Of a DNA stretch of 64,000 bases, positions 37,095 to 45,971 are shown piece after piece. The translations under genes and the position numbers were made by a program. The DNA is from Candidatus Brocadiia bacterium (GTDB taxonomy: Bacteria > Planctomycetota > Brocadiia > CAIUPP01). The notes under the pieces are model-generated. The model had not been told where the DNA came from, made no database searches, and saw only the letters and a program-made list of their open reading frames with translations. Every line of letters begins with the position of its first letter. Within the stretch, counting starts at the first letter, position 1. The DNA lies in contig JBEKCB010000005.1 of the NCBI GenBank assembly GCA_050015075.1, positions 137,436 to 201,435 of the forward strand, given 5' to 3'.

Positions 37095-37485
37095 TTGCCA
37101 CGGATTGCACGGATTTCCACGGATTACCGGCAACGAACTGCGCAATAATTGAACGAATTCTATTCTTGCTTTCCGGTAATCCGTGAAATCCGTGCAATCC
37201 GTGGCAAAGCCTTGCCGTTTCCGGTAATCCGTGACCATCCGTGCAATCCGTGGCAAAGCCGTGCCATTGCCGGTAATCCGTGGCCATCCGTGTAATCCGT
37301 GGCAAAGCCTTGCCGTTGTCGGTAATCCGTGACCATCCGTGCAATCCGTGGCAAAGCCGTGCCATTGCCGGTAATCCGTGGCCATCCGTGTAATCCGTGG
37401 CAAAGTCTTGCCGTTGTCGGTAATCCGTGACCATCCGTGCAATCCGTGGCAAAGTTTTGTCGTTTCGTAAAATCCGTGGCAGCCG
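37095..37485. repeat. REP-like inverted repeat plus 49-bp tandem array (family A)
   Basis: Left arm 37095-37135; a shorter unit from 37166, 49-bp units at 37212, 37261, 37310, 37359, 37408 and a partial at 37457; core ATCCGTG three times per unit. Confidence 0.92.
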
Positions 37486-38733
37486 TTATTCCACCCGCGA
37501 ACGGAATTCGCCGCGATGGAGCCGGGTGCGGACGAGGTCGCCGGGGCGCAGTTCGGCGGCGTCGCGGACTGCCGCGCCCTGCGGCTCGCGGAGCGTGATG
37601 CTGTAGCCGCGCCGCAGCACGGCGTACGGGCTGAGCGACTCGAGCCGCCCCGAAAGCGCGCTCAAGCGCACGCCCTGGACCTCCAGCGCGCGCCGCCCGT
37701 CGCGGACGAGCCGCTGGCAGAGTTCGTCCACCTGCTGCTCGCGCGCGCGGATGCGCTCGTCGAACCGGCGCGGCTCGCAGCGTTGCGCCAGCCCGGCCAG
37801 CCGTTCCCGCGCCGACGCCGCGCTCGCGGTCAGCGCCCGGCCCAACCGCCGGCGCAGGGAATCAAGGTCCTCCGCCAATTCCCCGGCGTCCGGCACCACC
37901 TGGTTGGCGGCATCCGTCGGCGTCAACGCCCGGAGATCGGCGACGAAGTCCGAAATCGTGAAATCGGTCTCGTGGCCGACCGCGGAGATGACAGGAATCC
38001 GCGAGCGCGCGATCGCCCTCGCCACGACCTCCTCGTTGAACGGCCACAGGTCCTCGAGGCTGCCGCCGCCGCGGCCGACGATCATCACTTCGACATCGGC
38101 GAGCCGGTTGACGAGCGCGATTCCCTCGGCGATCTCGCCGGCCGCCTCGTCGCCCTGGACGCGCACCGGGCAGATGATGACGCGCGTGGACGGGCAGCGG
38201 CGGCGGATGACGCGCAGCATGTCGCGGATCGCCGCGCCGGTCGGCGAGGTGACCAGCGCCACGGCGCGCGGGAACATCGGGATCGGCCGCTTCCGCGCCG
38301 GATCGAACAGGCCCTCTTTCTCCAGCCGCTCCTTCATCTGCAGGAAGGCCAGTTGCAGCGCGCCCACGCCCAGCGGCTCGATCCGCCGCACGGAAATCTG
38401 GTACTGGCCGCGCGGCTCGTACACGGTCACTTCACCCTGCGCCAGGACGGAGAGGCCCTCGGCCATCTTGAACTTCAGCGTCTCCGCCAGCGTGCGCCAC
38501 ATCACGGCGGCGATCTGCGCCGATTCGTCCTTGAGCGTGAAGTAGCAATGGCCGGAGGCGGGGACGCGCAGGTTGCTGATCTCGCCGGTGAGCCAGACGA
38601 GGCCGACGTGCCGTTCGAGCGTCTCGCGGATCTGGCGAGTCAACTGGGAGACGGTGTAGATCGGCGAGCCGTCGGCCGCCGACCGCGGCGCGGCGGGCGT
38701 CGGAGCGCCGGAAGCCGGAAAGAGCGGGGTCAT
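37486..38733 (-). CDS. xseA: exodeoxyribonuclease VII large subunit
   Basis: GEISN, SGHCYFTLKD, TSPTGAAIRD, RGGGSLEDLWPFN, AVGHETD, TPT. Confidence 0.96.
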   Translation of the reverse strand: MTPLFPASGAPTPAAPRSAADGSPIYTVSQLTRQIRETLERHVGLVWLTGEISNLRVPASGHCYFTLKDESAQIAAVMWRTLAETLKFKMAEGLSVLAQGEVTVYEPRGQYQISVRRIEPLGVGALQLAFLQMKERLEKEGLFDPARKRPIPMFPRAVALVTSPTGAAIRDMLRVIRRRCPSTRVIICPVRVQGDEAAGEIAEGIALVNRLADVEVMIVGRGGGSLEDLWPFNEEVVARAIARSRIPVISAVGHETDFTISDFVADLRALTPTDAANQVVPDAGELAEDLDSLRRRLGRALTASAASARERLAGLAQRCEPRRFDERIRAREQQVDELCQRLVRDGRRALEVQGVRLSALSGRLESLSPYAVLRRGYSITLREPQGAAVRDAAELRPGDLVRTRLHRGEFRSRVE

Positions 38734-39527
38734 GGCTCCTGGTCCTCGCGCAGTTGCAGCCGCTCGATGGAGCCGGCGCGGCCGGTCGCCGGGTCGAAGG
38801 CGACCAGCGCGCCGGAGATGCGGACATCGCCCTTCGCAACGTCGAACGGAAACGGCATCTGCGTCAGCGCCGCCTTCAGCACGCGGTCGGTCCGGCGGCC
38901 GAGGACCGAGTCATACGGCCCGGTCATTCCCAGGTCGCAGATGAACGCCGTGCCCTTGGGCAGCACGCGCTCGTCGGCGGTCTGCACGTGCGTGTGCGTG
39001 CCGAAGACGCAGGTCACTCGGCCGTCGAGGTGGCAGCCGAGGGTGATCTTCTCGGCGGTGGCCTCGGCGTGGAAATCCACGAAGATGTTCTGCGTGTGCG
39101 GGCCCACCTGCCGCAGCGCCTCGTCGGCGGCGCGGAACGGGTCGTCCGCCGGCTTCATGAAGACCCGGCCGAGAAGGTCCAGCACGGCGATCTGGACGCC
39201 GCCGGGCAGCGTGTAAAGCCCGACTCCGGCGCCGGAGGCGAGCGGCGAGAGATTCAGCGGCCGCAGCAGCCGCGGCTCGCGCTCGATGAACGGCACGATC
39301 TCCTTGCGCTTCCAGACGTGGTCGCCCATCGTCATCACGTCCACTCCGGCCGCGAGGATCTCGCGGGCGTTGGCGACCGTCAGCCCGGAGCCGCCGGAGG
39401 CGTTCTCGACGTTGGCGATGCAGAAATCCACCTGGCGCTTCTGGCGGAGCGCGGCGAGTTTCCGGGTGAGGATCTCGCGGCCGGGGCTGCCGACCACGTC
39501 GCCCAGGAGCAGCGCGCGCATCGTCAT
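38730..39527 (-). CDS. YmdB / TIGR00282 family metallophosphoesterase
   Basis: GDVVG.PGR, NVENASGG, MGDHVW, DFHAEATAEK, GTHTHVQTAD, DLGMTGP. Confidence 0.94.
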   Translation of the reverse strand: MTMRALLLGDVVGSPGREILTRKLAALRQKRQVDFCIANVENASGGSGLTVANAREILAAGVDVMTMGDHVWKRKEIVPFIEREPRLLRPLNLSPLASGAGVGLYTLPGGVQIAVLDLLGRVFMKPADDPFRAADEALRQVGPHTQNIFVDFHAEATAEKITLGCHLDGRVTCVFGTHTHVQTADERVLPKGTAFICDLGMTGPYDSVLGRRTDRVLKAALTQMPFPFDVAKGDVRISGALVAFDPATGRAGSIERLQLREDQEP

Positions 39528-40039
39528 TTTTTCCCCTTTCCGGGCCGGCCACGCGCCCGGCGCGCCGGCGCCAGCCGCGCGCGCAGGTCCGCTTCCACCG
39601 CGGCCGAGACCATGCCGGCCACGCGCCCGCCGCCCCGGACGATTTCCTTGATGAACCGCGCGTTGATGAACGCGTGCTCCGGCTTCGGCGCGATGAAGAC
39701 CGTCTCGACCCCGGCGCTGCTGCGGTTGGTGAACGCCATCTGGATTTCGTACTCCAGGTCCGAGACGGTCCGGATGCCGCGCAGGACCACGGAGACTTTT
39801 TCGGCCTTCGCAAAGTCCACCATCAGGCCGCGGAACGCCTTGACTTCGACGTTCGGGAGATGGCCGACCTCGCGCCGCATCATCGCCAGGCGCTCGCGCA
39901 GCGAGAAGACGCAGGCCTTTTCCGGGTTGTCGCCCACGCCGACGACCAGCCGATCGAAGATTCGGGCGGCGCGCTCGACCACGTCCAGATGCCCGATCGT
40001 CACCGGGTCGAAAGTGCCCGGGTACAATGCCGTGCGCAT
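39524..40039 (-). CDS. coaD: pantetheine-phosphate adenylyltransferase
   Basis: ALYPGTFDPVTIGHLD, RGIRTVSDLEYE. Confidence 0.96.
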   Translation of the reverse strand: MRTALYPGTFDPVTIGHLDVVERAARIFDRLVVGVGDNPEKACVFSLRERLAMMRREVGHLPNVEVKAFRGLMVDFAKAEKVSVVLRGIRTVSDLEYEIQMAFTNRSSAGVETVFIAPKPEHAFINARFIKEIVRGGGRVAGMVSAAVEADLRARLAPARRARGRPGKGKK

Positions 40040-40067
40040 AGCCAGTCTCCTGATCTCAACTCAGCGC

Positions 40068-42821
40068 TCAGATCGGACCTCCGCCACCGCGGAACGGCGG
40101 CGGCGCGCCCGGCGGCGTGACGTGGAACGTCACCACCGTCGAGTTGCTGGTGCCCTGGTTGAACTCGGCGCCGATACTGAACTGCCAGCCTTCCATTTCG
40201 CGCGTCACGTAAAGCCCGCTGCCGAGGTTGCGCGGGTTGCGCAATTCGTTCGGCACGGGCTGCGCCAGGAAATCGTACGACCAGGTCATGTCCACGCGCC
40301 ATCGGCTGTAACGCGGCTTGTAAGAGAAAGCGATCATGCTGATCGAATGCCAGAACCCGTCCACGTTCGTCGGGTCGAAGTAGTAATTGTGAATGTAAGA
40401 GACTTGCAGCGGCCGCCAGTAGTTGAGCGTCACCGCGCCGTTGGCCGCTTCGAGCCGTTTCCGGTCAACGTTGTAGTCGTTGTCGGTGGTGGAGAGCGTG
40501 ATGTTCTCGTTCACGATCCAGCGCGCGCCGGCTTCGATGAAATCGCCTGTGAACGGCGGGATTCCCTGATCGGCGGAGAGGAAGTCGCCCCGCACGCCGG
40601 GGATCGAGGCTCCGTTGATCAGCACGTGATAATTCACGTCGGCCCGGAACAGCTCGACGAGCTTTCGGCCGGCATCCGTCTGGCGGTAGGTTTGAAGCCG
40701 GCTGAGGAGGCCGAACGTGACGAAGTGGGACTTGTCGAGCGAGTCAATCTCGTCGTTCTGGACGTAGTGCGAGGAGCCCCGGTTGACGTAATAGATGTTT
40801 CCGTATTCCACCGTCGGGGTCAGGATATGGCGCAGGCGGTCCACCTCGAAGAGGCTGCTCTGCGTCTCGTAGGTGCGGTAGAAATTAGAGGCCGCACGCA
40901 CGCCGTAGGCGGAGGCCACGCGGAGCGACGGGCTTTCGTTGTTCACCTCTTCGTTATAGCCGGTGAAGTCCTGCCACAGGAACGGCTCCGCGCGGATGCA
41001 GCCCAACTGGAGCGGATAGGAGACTTCGTGGGCCGTGTCGAAGCGGTCCACCCATTCCGGAGTGGCCAGGCCGGTGGCCTGGTCGAACCTCATGCGCATT
41101 TCCGCCAGGCCGGAGTGAGTCGTCCACAGCAGCCCCGTATCGCCGATCGGCGTGCCGATGACGTGGTACCCCACCGAGTCCTGTTCGAGCACGTTCTGGA
41201 AATCGTTGATCTGCCTCTGGGTCTGGGCGGTGAACATCGTGGTCCCGGAGACGTGGCTCAGGAACGCCTCCGTTTCGCGGTCCTGGTCATCGTCGAGCGC
41301 GGGACGGTCGTACGTGTAGAGGAAGCGCCGGTCGCTCAAGTAGCCGAGTTCGAGGTCGGCCTTCCATCCATTGCCGAGGTTCTCGCGGTCGCGCCAGGTC
41401 ACTTCGCCGCGGTTCTCGCGCAGCACGGGCAGGCCGCTGTCGTCCCATTCGTCGTGGTCCTGGATGTAGTACACCCGCGCGAAACCGTGGCGCGCATCGT
41501 CCTGATAGGGGAACTCCAGTCCGTAGCCGAACCCGCGCGCCGAGAAAGCGTCCGTCCGAAGCGTCAGCTCGCTCCAATCATTGTGATAAATGCCCAGGTC
41601 ATACAGGTCCCACTGAAGCCTGGCGAAGCTGCCGAACTGGTAGGCATTGCCCACCTCGGCGCCTTTGATCAGAAATGTTCCGCCACGGACGTCTTTGGCG
41701 ATATAGGGCCAGTAGAATACCGGGTAATCTTCAATGTAAAACGTGTCGTCGCTGGAGGATACGACCAGACTCCGGAGCGCTCCGGCGGTTTCCGTTTGAG
41801 GCTCCGGCCGGGCTTCCGGCGGCGGCGCCGCGGCCTTTTCCGGCTCGCGCGGAGCCTCGGCACCCAGGAGGACCTGGATCTCCGAACTCTCGACCCTCAG
41901 GTGCGGCTCGGCGAGCGTCGAGGTGGTGAGGTAGCCTTTGCCCTCGGTGGTGAAGCGATAGAGGCTCTGCTCGCGGATGGCTTCTGCGACGAACTGGATC
42001 GGAAGCTGGCGCGTCGGCTCGTGGGTGCGGATGCGGGCGGCGACTGCAATGCCCTGCTCGGTGATGCCGTCAATATAGAGCGCCTGGCATGTCATGTGGA
42101 TGTCGTCGCGGCGGAAGTCCACCGAGCCTTCCGCGTAAATGCTCTGCAGTCGAGGCGACCCGTAGTGCGGCTCGCGGAACTGGATGCGCACGCGCAGGAC
42201 GTCGGCGAGGAGCGTCATGTCATTGGTGAAGACGGCCGCGTTGCCCAGGAGCGTGACCGTGGCGCCGGCCTCGCTCAGGTCGGCCACGGTCGTGCGTTCC
42301 GCGGAGGGATGCAACTGTCCGAGCAGCCCGGTTGCGGCGCCTGCCGCCGCGCCGGCCGCCGCGTCGCCGTGCAGGGTCATGGCCCGGAGGCGGAACGGAT
42401 CCGCCGCGGGCGGCTCGCCGGAGATGACTTGCAGGCCGCTCAACACCAGGCCTCCGGAGGCGGCCATCCGGATCAGTCCGGGCGCCTCCCAGGGGATTGG
42501 CTTGCCGTCCTCCAGAAGCACCGTCCCCTTTTCACCGTACACTTCGAGGACGCCGGCCTTGCCGCCGGCCTGCGCGGATTCGCTGAGCCACACCCACAGG
42601 CGCGGAGAGGTGATGTGGGAATTTCCCTGGTAGAGGTTCACGTTCCCCTGGAGGTCCAGGAGCGTTTTCCCGTCCTGCTGCCATCGGAGCACGTTGGCCG
42701 CCGAGATGCCGACCGGGCTTTTCCCGTCGCCGAACGGCCGGCGCGGCGCCTCGACCGCGTCGGCCCAGGCCGCCGCGGCCGCGAACAGCAGGCAAAAAGA
42801 CAACGTCGCAACCGTCCGCAT
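40068..42821 (-). CDS. lptD: LPS-assembly protein LptD-like outer-membrane beta-barrel
   Basis: Signal peptide, OstA-like N-terminal region, PVFYWPY, SDRRFL, RHILTP, beta-strand-rich C-terminus. Confidence 0.72.
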   Translation of the reverse strand: MRTVATLSFCLLFAAAAAWADAVEAPRRPFGDGKSPVGISAANVLRWQQDGKTLLDLQGNVNLYQGNSHITSPRLWVWLSESAQAGGKAGVLEVYGEKGTVLLEDGKPIPWEAPGLIRMAASGGLVLSGLQVISGEPPAADPFRLRAMTLHGDAAAGAAAGAATGLLGQLHPSAERTTVADLSEAGATVTLLGNAAVFTNDMTLLADVLRVRIQFREPHYGSPRLQSIYAEGSVDFRRDDIHMTCQALYIDGITEQGIAVAARIRTHEPTRQLPIQFVAEAIREQSLYRFTTEGKGYLTTSTLAEPHLRVESSEIQVLLGAEAPREPEKAAAPPPEARPEPQTETAGALRSLVVSSSDDTFYIEDYPVFYWPYIAKDVRGGTFLIKGAEVGNAYQFGSFARLQWDLYDLGIYHNDWSELTLRTDAFSARGFGYGLEFPYQDDARHGFARVYYIQDHDEWDDSGLPVLRENRGEVTWRDRENLGNGWKADLELGYLSDRRFLYTYDRPALDDDQDRETEAFLSHVSGTTMFTAQTQRQINDFQNVLEQDSVGYHVIGTPIGDTGLLWTTHSGLAEMRMRFDQATGLATPEWVDRFDTAHEVSYPLQLGCIRAEPFLWQDFTGYNEEVNNESPSLRVASAYGVRAASNFYRTYETQSSLFEVDRLRHILTPTVEYGNIYYVNRGSSHYVQNDEIDSLDKSHFVTFGLLSRLQTYRQTDAGRKLVELFRADVNYHVLINGASIPGVRGDFLSADQGIPPFTGDFIEAGARWIVNENITLSTTDNDYNVDRKRLEAANGAVTLNYWRPLQVSYIHNYYFDPTNVDGFWHSISMIAFSYKPRYSRWRVDMTWSYDFLAQPVPNELRNPRNLGSGLYVTREMEGWQFSIGAEFNQGTSNSTVVTFHVTPPGAPPPFRGGGGPI

Positions 42822-42999
42822 CGGTCAACCCAGTAGTGCCGTCCTGCTTGTTCGTCGCCGAAAAGGCCGCGTCCGCGTGCGCAAGATGCGAGATTCGCCC
42901 ATGCCGCGCCGGCTTGCGCCTTGCTGAAGAGCGTCTCGCGCGACGAGTCCGGCTTCTTCGACAGCCTGGAATCGTTTTCGAGAAGCGAGGCCCGGCGGC

Positions 43000-44556
43000 T
43001 CAGGTTGCCGACTGCCGATTCCCCGGCTGGGCCGCGACCTCCTGCGTCTTTCGTGAGCTGCCGGGAAGAATCCGGCCCTCGCTGACGGCGTCGAGCAGGG
43101 CCTCGACGACGCGCGGATCGAACTGCACGCCCGACGCCTTGTGTACGGTCTGGATCACCTTCTCGAGCGCCAGGCGGTCGCGGTAAGGGCGGCGCGAGCA
43201 CATCGCGTCGAAAGCGTCCGCCGCGGCCAGGATCCGCGAGAGGAGCGAGGCCTCCTCGTGCTTCAACCCGTCCGGATAGCCCTTGCCGTCCCAGCGCTCG
43301 TGATGATGAAGCACGATTTCGGCGATCTCCGCGGCGCCCTCGATGTTCCGGATGATCTCGCTGCCGAGGCGGGAATGCTTCTTGACGACCTCGAACTCCG
43401 CGTCGGTCAGCGGGCCCGCCTTGCGCAGGATGCTTTCGGGCACGCCGATCTTGCCCACGTCATGGAGGAAGCCGGCCAGCTCGAGCGTGCCGAGATGGGT
43501 TTCCCCGAGCTGCATTCTCCTGCCGATTTCCAGCGCGAAGTGAGTCACGCGCTCGGAGTGGCCCAGCGTGTAATCGTCCTTGGCCTCGATGGCCGCCGCG
43601 AGGGCGCGGACGGTGCCGCGGAGCATCTGCCGCAACTGGTCCGAAAGCTGCGTGCGCTGGATGGCCAGCCCCGCCTGCTTGCCGATCGCTAGCAGCAACT
43701 GCAGGTCGCACTTCAGAAACGCCTCCGACTGTCCGACCGAGTCCACGTAAAGGATGCCGATGGCGCGCTCCGGTGTTTCCACGGGCACGCAGAGCACGGA
43801 CTGGATGTTCTGCGCGATCACGCTCTCGACCTGTTTCAGGTGTTCATCGAGGAGCGCGTTCGACATGAGGACCGAGGTGCGGTTGCGATAACATTCCTCG
43901 ACGACCGTTGTGCTGAAGCCGCGCGGGACGCCCGGCGCCGCTGAAGTTTCTTTGTGCGCAACGGTCTCAAGGCTTCCCGCCGGTCCGGCGAGAAGGAGGA
44001 TGGCGCGGTCGGCCCTGACCACTTTGAGAATTTCGTCGAGGATGCGCTTGTAAAGGGCGTCGAGGCGCGATTCCGCGCTGAGGAGGTTGCCGATCTGGTA
44101 GATGGTCGCCAGGTCGCGCTGGACGCGGCGGTAGTTCTCGATGTTTTCCGCTTCCCCGGTGAGCTCCATCAGGCTGCTGTCTTCGAGCTTGAGATCCTGC
44201 CGGATCTCCTCCACCCGGTCCGGGACCTGGGCGATGAAGTCCGCTTTCATCCGGCGCCGGTCCGGAGTGCAGCGGAACTCGAACTCGACCGCGCCGATGC
44301 GGACGCGGTCGCCGGGATTCAGCCGGCGGCGCTCGATCCGCGCATCGTTGACCCAGGTGCCGTTCGTGCTGGCGAGGTCGCAGACGAAATAATCCTCGTC
44401 CACCTTCTCGATGCAGCAGTGCTGGCGCGAAAGCCCCGAATCCAGGATCTGAATGTCCGCGTCTTCGCCGCGCCCGAGGACGAGTTTCTGGCCGTCCCCG
44501 AGCTGGAACGGCCTCGTGTACACCTGCCCCTTCAGCGCGACCAGTTCTATCTTCAT
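43000..44556 (-). CDS. FHA-GAF-HD-GYP cyclic dinucleotide phosphodiesterase
   Basis: FHA (LGRG...SRQHC...DLASTNGTW), GAF (SVLCVP...GILYVDS), HD-GYP (GHSERV, LHDVGKIG, HHERWDGKGYP). Confidence 0.93.
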   Translation of the reverse strand: MKIELVALKGQVYTRPFQLGDGQKLVLGRGEDADIQILDSGLSRQHCCIEKVDEDYFVCDLASTNGTWVNDARIERRRLNPGDRVRIGAVEFEFRCTPDRRRMKADFIAQVPDRVEEIRQDLKLEDSSLMELTGEAENIENYRRVQRDLATIYQIGNLLSAESRLDALYKRILDEILKVVRADRAILLLAGPAGSLETVAHKETSAAPGVPRGFSTTVVEECYRNRTSVLMSNALLDEHLKQVESVIAQNIQSVLCVPVETPERAIGILYVDSVGQSEAFLKCDLQLLLAIGKQAGLAIQRTQLSDQLRQMLRGTVRALAAAIEAKDDYTLGHSERVTHFALEIGRRMQLGETHLGTLELAGFLHDVGKIGVPESILRKAGPLTDAEFEVVKKHSRLGSEIIRNIEGAAEIAEIVLHHHERWDGKGYPDGLKHEEASLLSRILAAADAFDAMCSRRPYRDRLALEKVIQTVHKASGVQFDPRVVEALLDAVSEGRILPGSSRKTQEVAAQPGNRQSAT

Positions 44557-44613
44557 TGACCTCCGCCGTCGCAGAAACGGCGGCATTGTATCAGTTTTGC
44601 CGGCAGGATTCTA

Positions 44614-44676
44614 CAATCAGCATTCGGCATTCGGCAATCCGCCTTCGCCAAGGCTTCGGCGGACAAGTCGGCATTC
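44614..44676. repeat. REP-like palindrome TCCGCCTTCGCCAAGGCTTCGGCGGAC with GGCATTC heptamers (family B, copy 2)
   Basis: Matches 1901-1927 (reverse complement) and 58765-58792. Confidence 0.75.
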
Positions 44677-45454
44677 ACCTGGCCATCCATCCGCCGTCCA
44701 CGACGAGCAGGTGCCCGTGAACGTACCGCGCGGCGTCGCTGACGAGGAACAGCAGCGGCCCGACCATATCCTCCGGCCGGCCCCAGCGCCCGGCGGGAAT
44801 GCGGTCGCGGATCTTCGGCTCGCGGACCGGGTCGCGCGCGAGCGCCTCGCACATGTCCGTCTCGAAATACCCCGGCGCGATGGCGTTGACGTTGATGTTC
44901 TTCGAGGCCCACTCGTTGGCCAGCGCCTTGGTGATGCCGGCGACGCCGTGCTTGGCCGCCGTGTACGCGGGGATCGTCCAGCCGCCCTGGAAGCTCGACA
45001 GCGAGGCGATGTTGACGATCTTCCCGCCGCCCTGCCTGACCATCGCGCGCCCGGCCTCCTGGCACAGCTCGAAGACCCCGGTCAGCATCAGGCTCAGGAT
45101 CGTGTCCCACTTCTCGATGGAGAAATCCAGCGAGCGCTCGCGGTGCTGAATGCCCGCGCAGTTCACCAGGATGTCCAGCCGCCCGAAACGCTCGATGACT
45201 TTCGGGATCACCTGCGACCGCTGCGCGCGGTCGGCCAGGTCCGCCTGGACGTAAAGCAGTTCCGCGCCGGCGGCGGCCGCTTCCTTCTCGAGTCCGTTCG
45301 AGTCCGCATGGCTCGCCGCGACGGCCACCTTCGCCTGCGCGCGCGCCAGCCCGAGCGCCATCGCCCGCCCCAGCCCGCGCCGCCCGCCGGTCACCAGCGC
45401 CACTTTGCCCGCGATATCGAACCAGTCGCGCCGCTCGAATTGAACTGCACTCAT
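44675..45454 (-). CDS. SDR oxidoreductase, KduD-like (2-dehydro-3-deoxy-D-gluconate 5-dehydrogenase)
   Basis: TGGRRGLG, NIASLSSFQGG, YTAAKHGVAGITKALANEWA, RIPAGRWG, VDGGWMAR. Confidence 0.88.
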   Translation of the reverse strand: MSAVQFERRDWFDIAGKVALVTGGRRGLGRAMALGLARAQAKVAVAASHADSNGLEKEAAAAGAELLYVQADLADRAQRSQVIPKVIERFGRLDILVNCAGIQHRERSLDFSIEKWDTILSLMLTGVFELCQEAGRAMVRQGGGKIVNIASLSSFQGGWTIPAYTAAKHGVAGITKALANEWASKNINVNAIAPGYFETDMCEALARDPVREPKIRDRIPAGRWGRPEDMVGPLLFLVSDAARYVHGHLLVVDGGWMAR

Positions 45455-45539
45455 TCGCGCCCTCCGATTCCGCTTTGGTTGACATTCACCGGCACAGATC
45501 ATAGCATTTTGACGCTGCCTTGGACATCGGAGGAGCCGC

Positions 45540-45971
45540 GTGAAATCTGGAAGTCCGCGTCGTATCCAGGCCGGACTTATACTGGTATTCCTGCTCGTGC
45601 TGCTTCCTGGGCTTCCACAGATCGCGTCCAAACCCGGCGAGTGGATGCGCGCGATGCCGCAGGATGCGATCGTCGCGCGCGACAAGCGCTTCGCCGAACT
45701 GCGCCAGGCGCTGCCGAAACACGGCACGGTCGGCTATGTGACCGACGGCCCGCTGGATCGTCCGCTCGGCGACGGCAGGGTGCACTCCGTTCTGATGATA
45801 GCCCAGTACTGCCTGGCGCCTGTGATTCTGGTCAATTCGACCGAGCCGGAGATCATCGTCGGCGATTTCTCCAGCGCCGAATCCGGCGCGCAGGTGATCT
45901 CCGCGCAACATCTTGTTGTCACCCGCTGGTTCGAAAACGGCGTCTGTCTGCTGCGCAAGGGCGGCAAGTGA
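45540..45971 (+). CDS. membrane-anchored hypothetical protein
   Basis: N-terminal TM, VGYVTD...AQYCLAPV; its stop overlaps the next start (GTGA). Confidence 0.7.
   Translation: MKSGSPRRIQAGLILVFLLVLLPGLPQIASKPGEWMRAMPQDAIVARDKRFAELRQALPKHGTVGYVTDGPLDRPLGDGRVHSVLMIAQYCLAPVILVNSTEPEIIVGDFSSAESGAQVISAQHLVVTRWFENGVCLLRKGGK

Noticed and set aside
37054-37452. Repetitive Cys/His-rich ORFs (37054..37452, 37059..37442, 37160..37354)
   Set aside because: Translation artefacts of the 49-bp repeat cycling through reading frames
37166-37485. Possible CRISPR array
   Set aside because: Units are contiguous near-identical 49-mers without unique spacers, and no cas genes are in the window
38754-42836. 1360-aa plus-strand ORF
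   Set aside because: Antisense shadow of lptD/coaD/ymdB in high-GC DNA, with no recognisable motifs
44453-45967. N-terminal extension of the 981-aa ORF
   Set aside because: Overlaps the KduD-like gene antisense and the 45540 gene; the real CDS probably starts at GTG 45968
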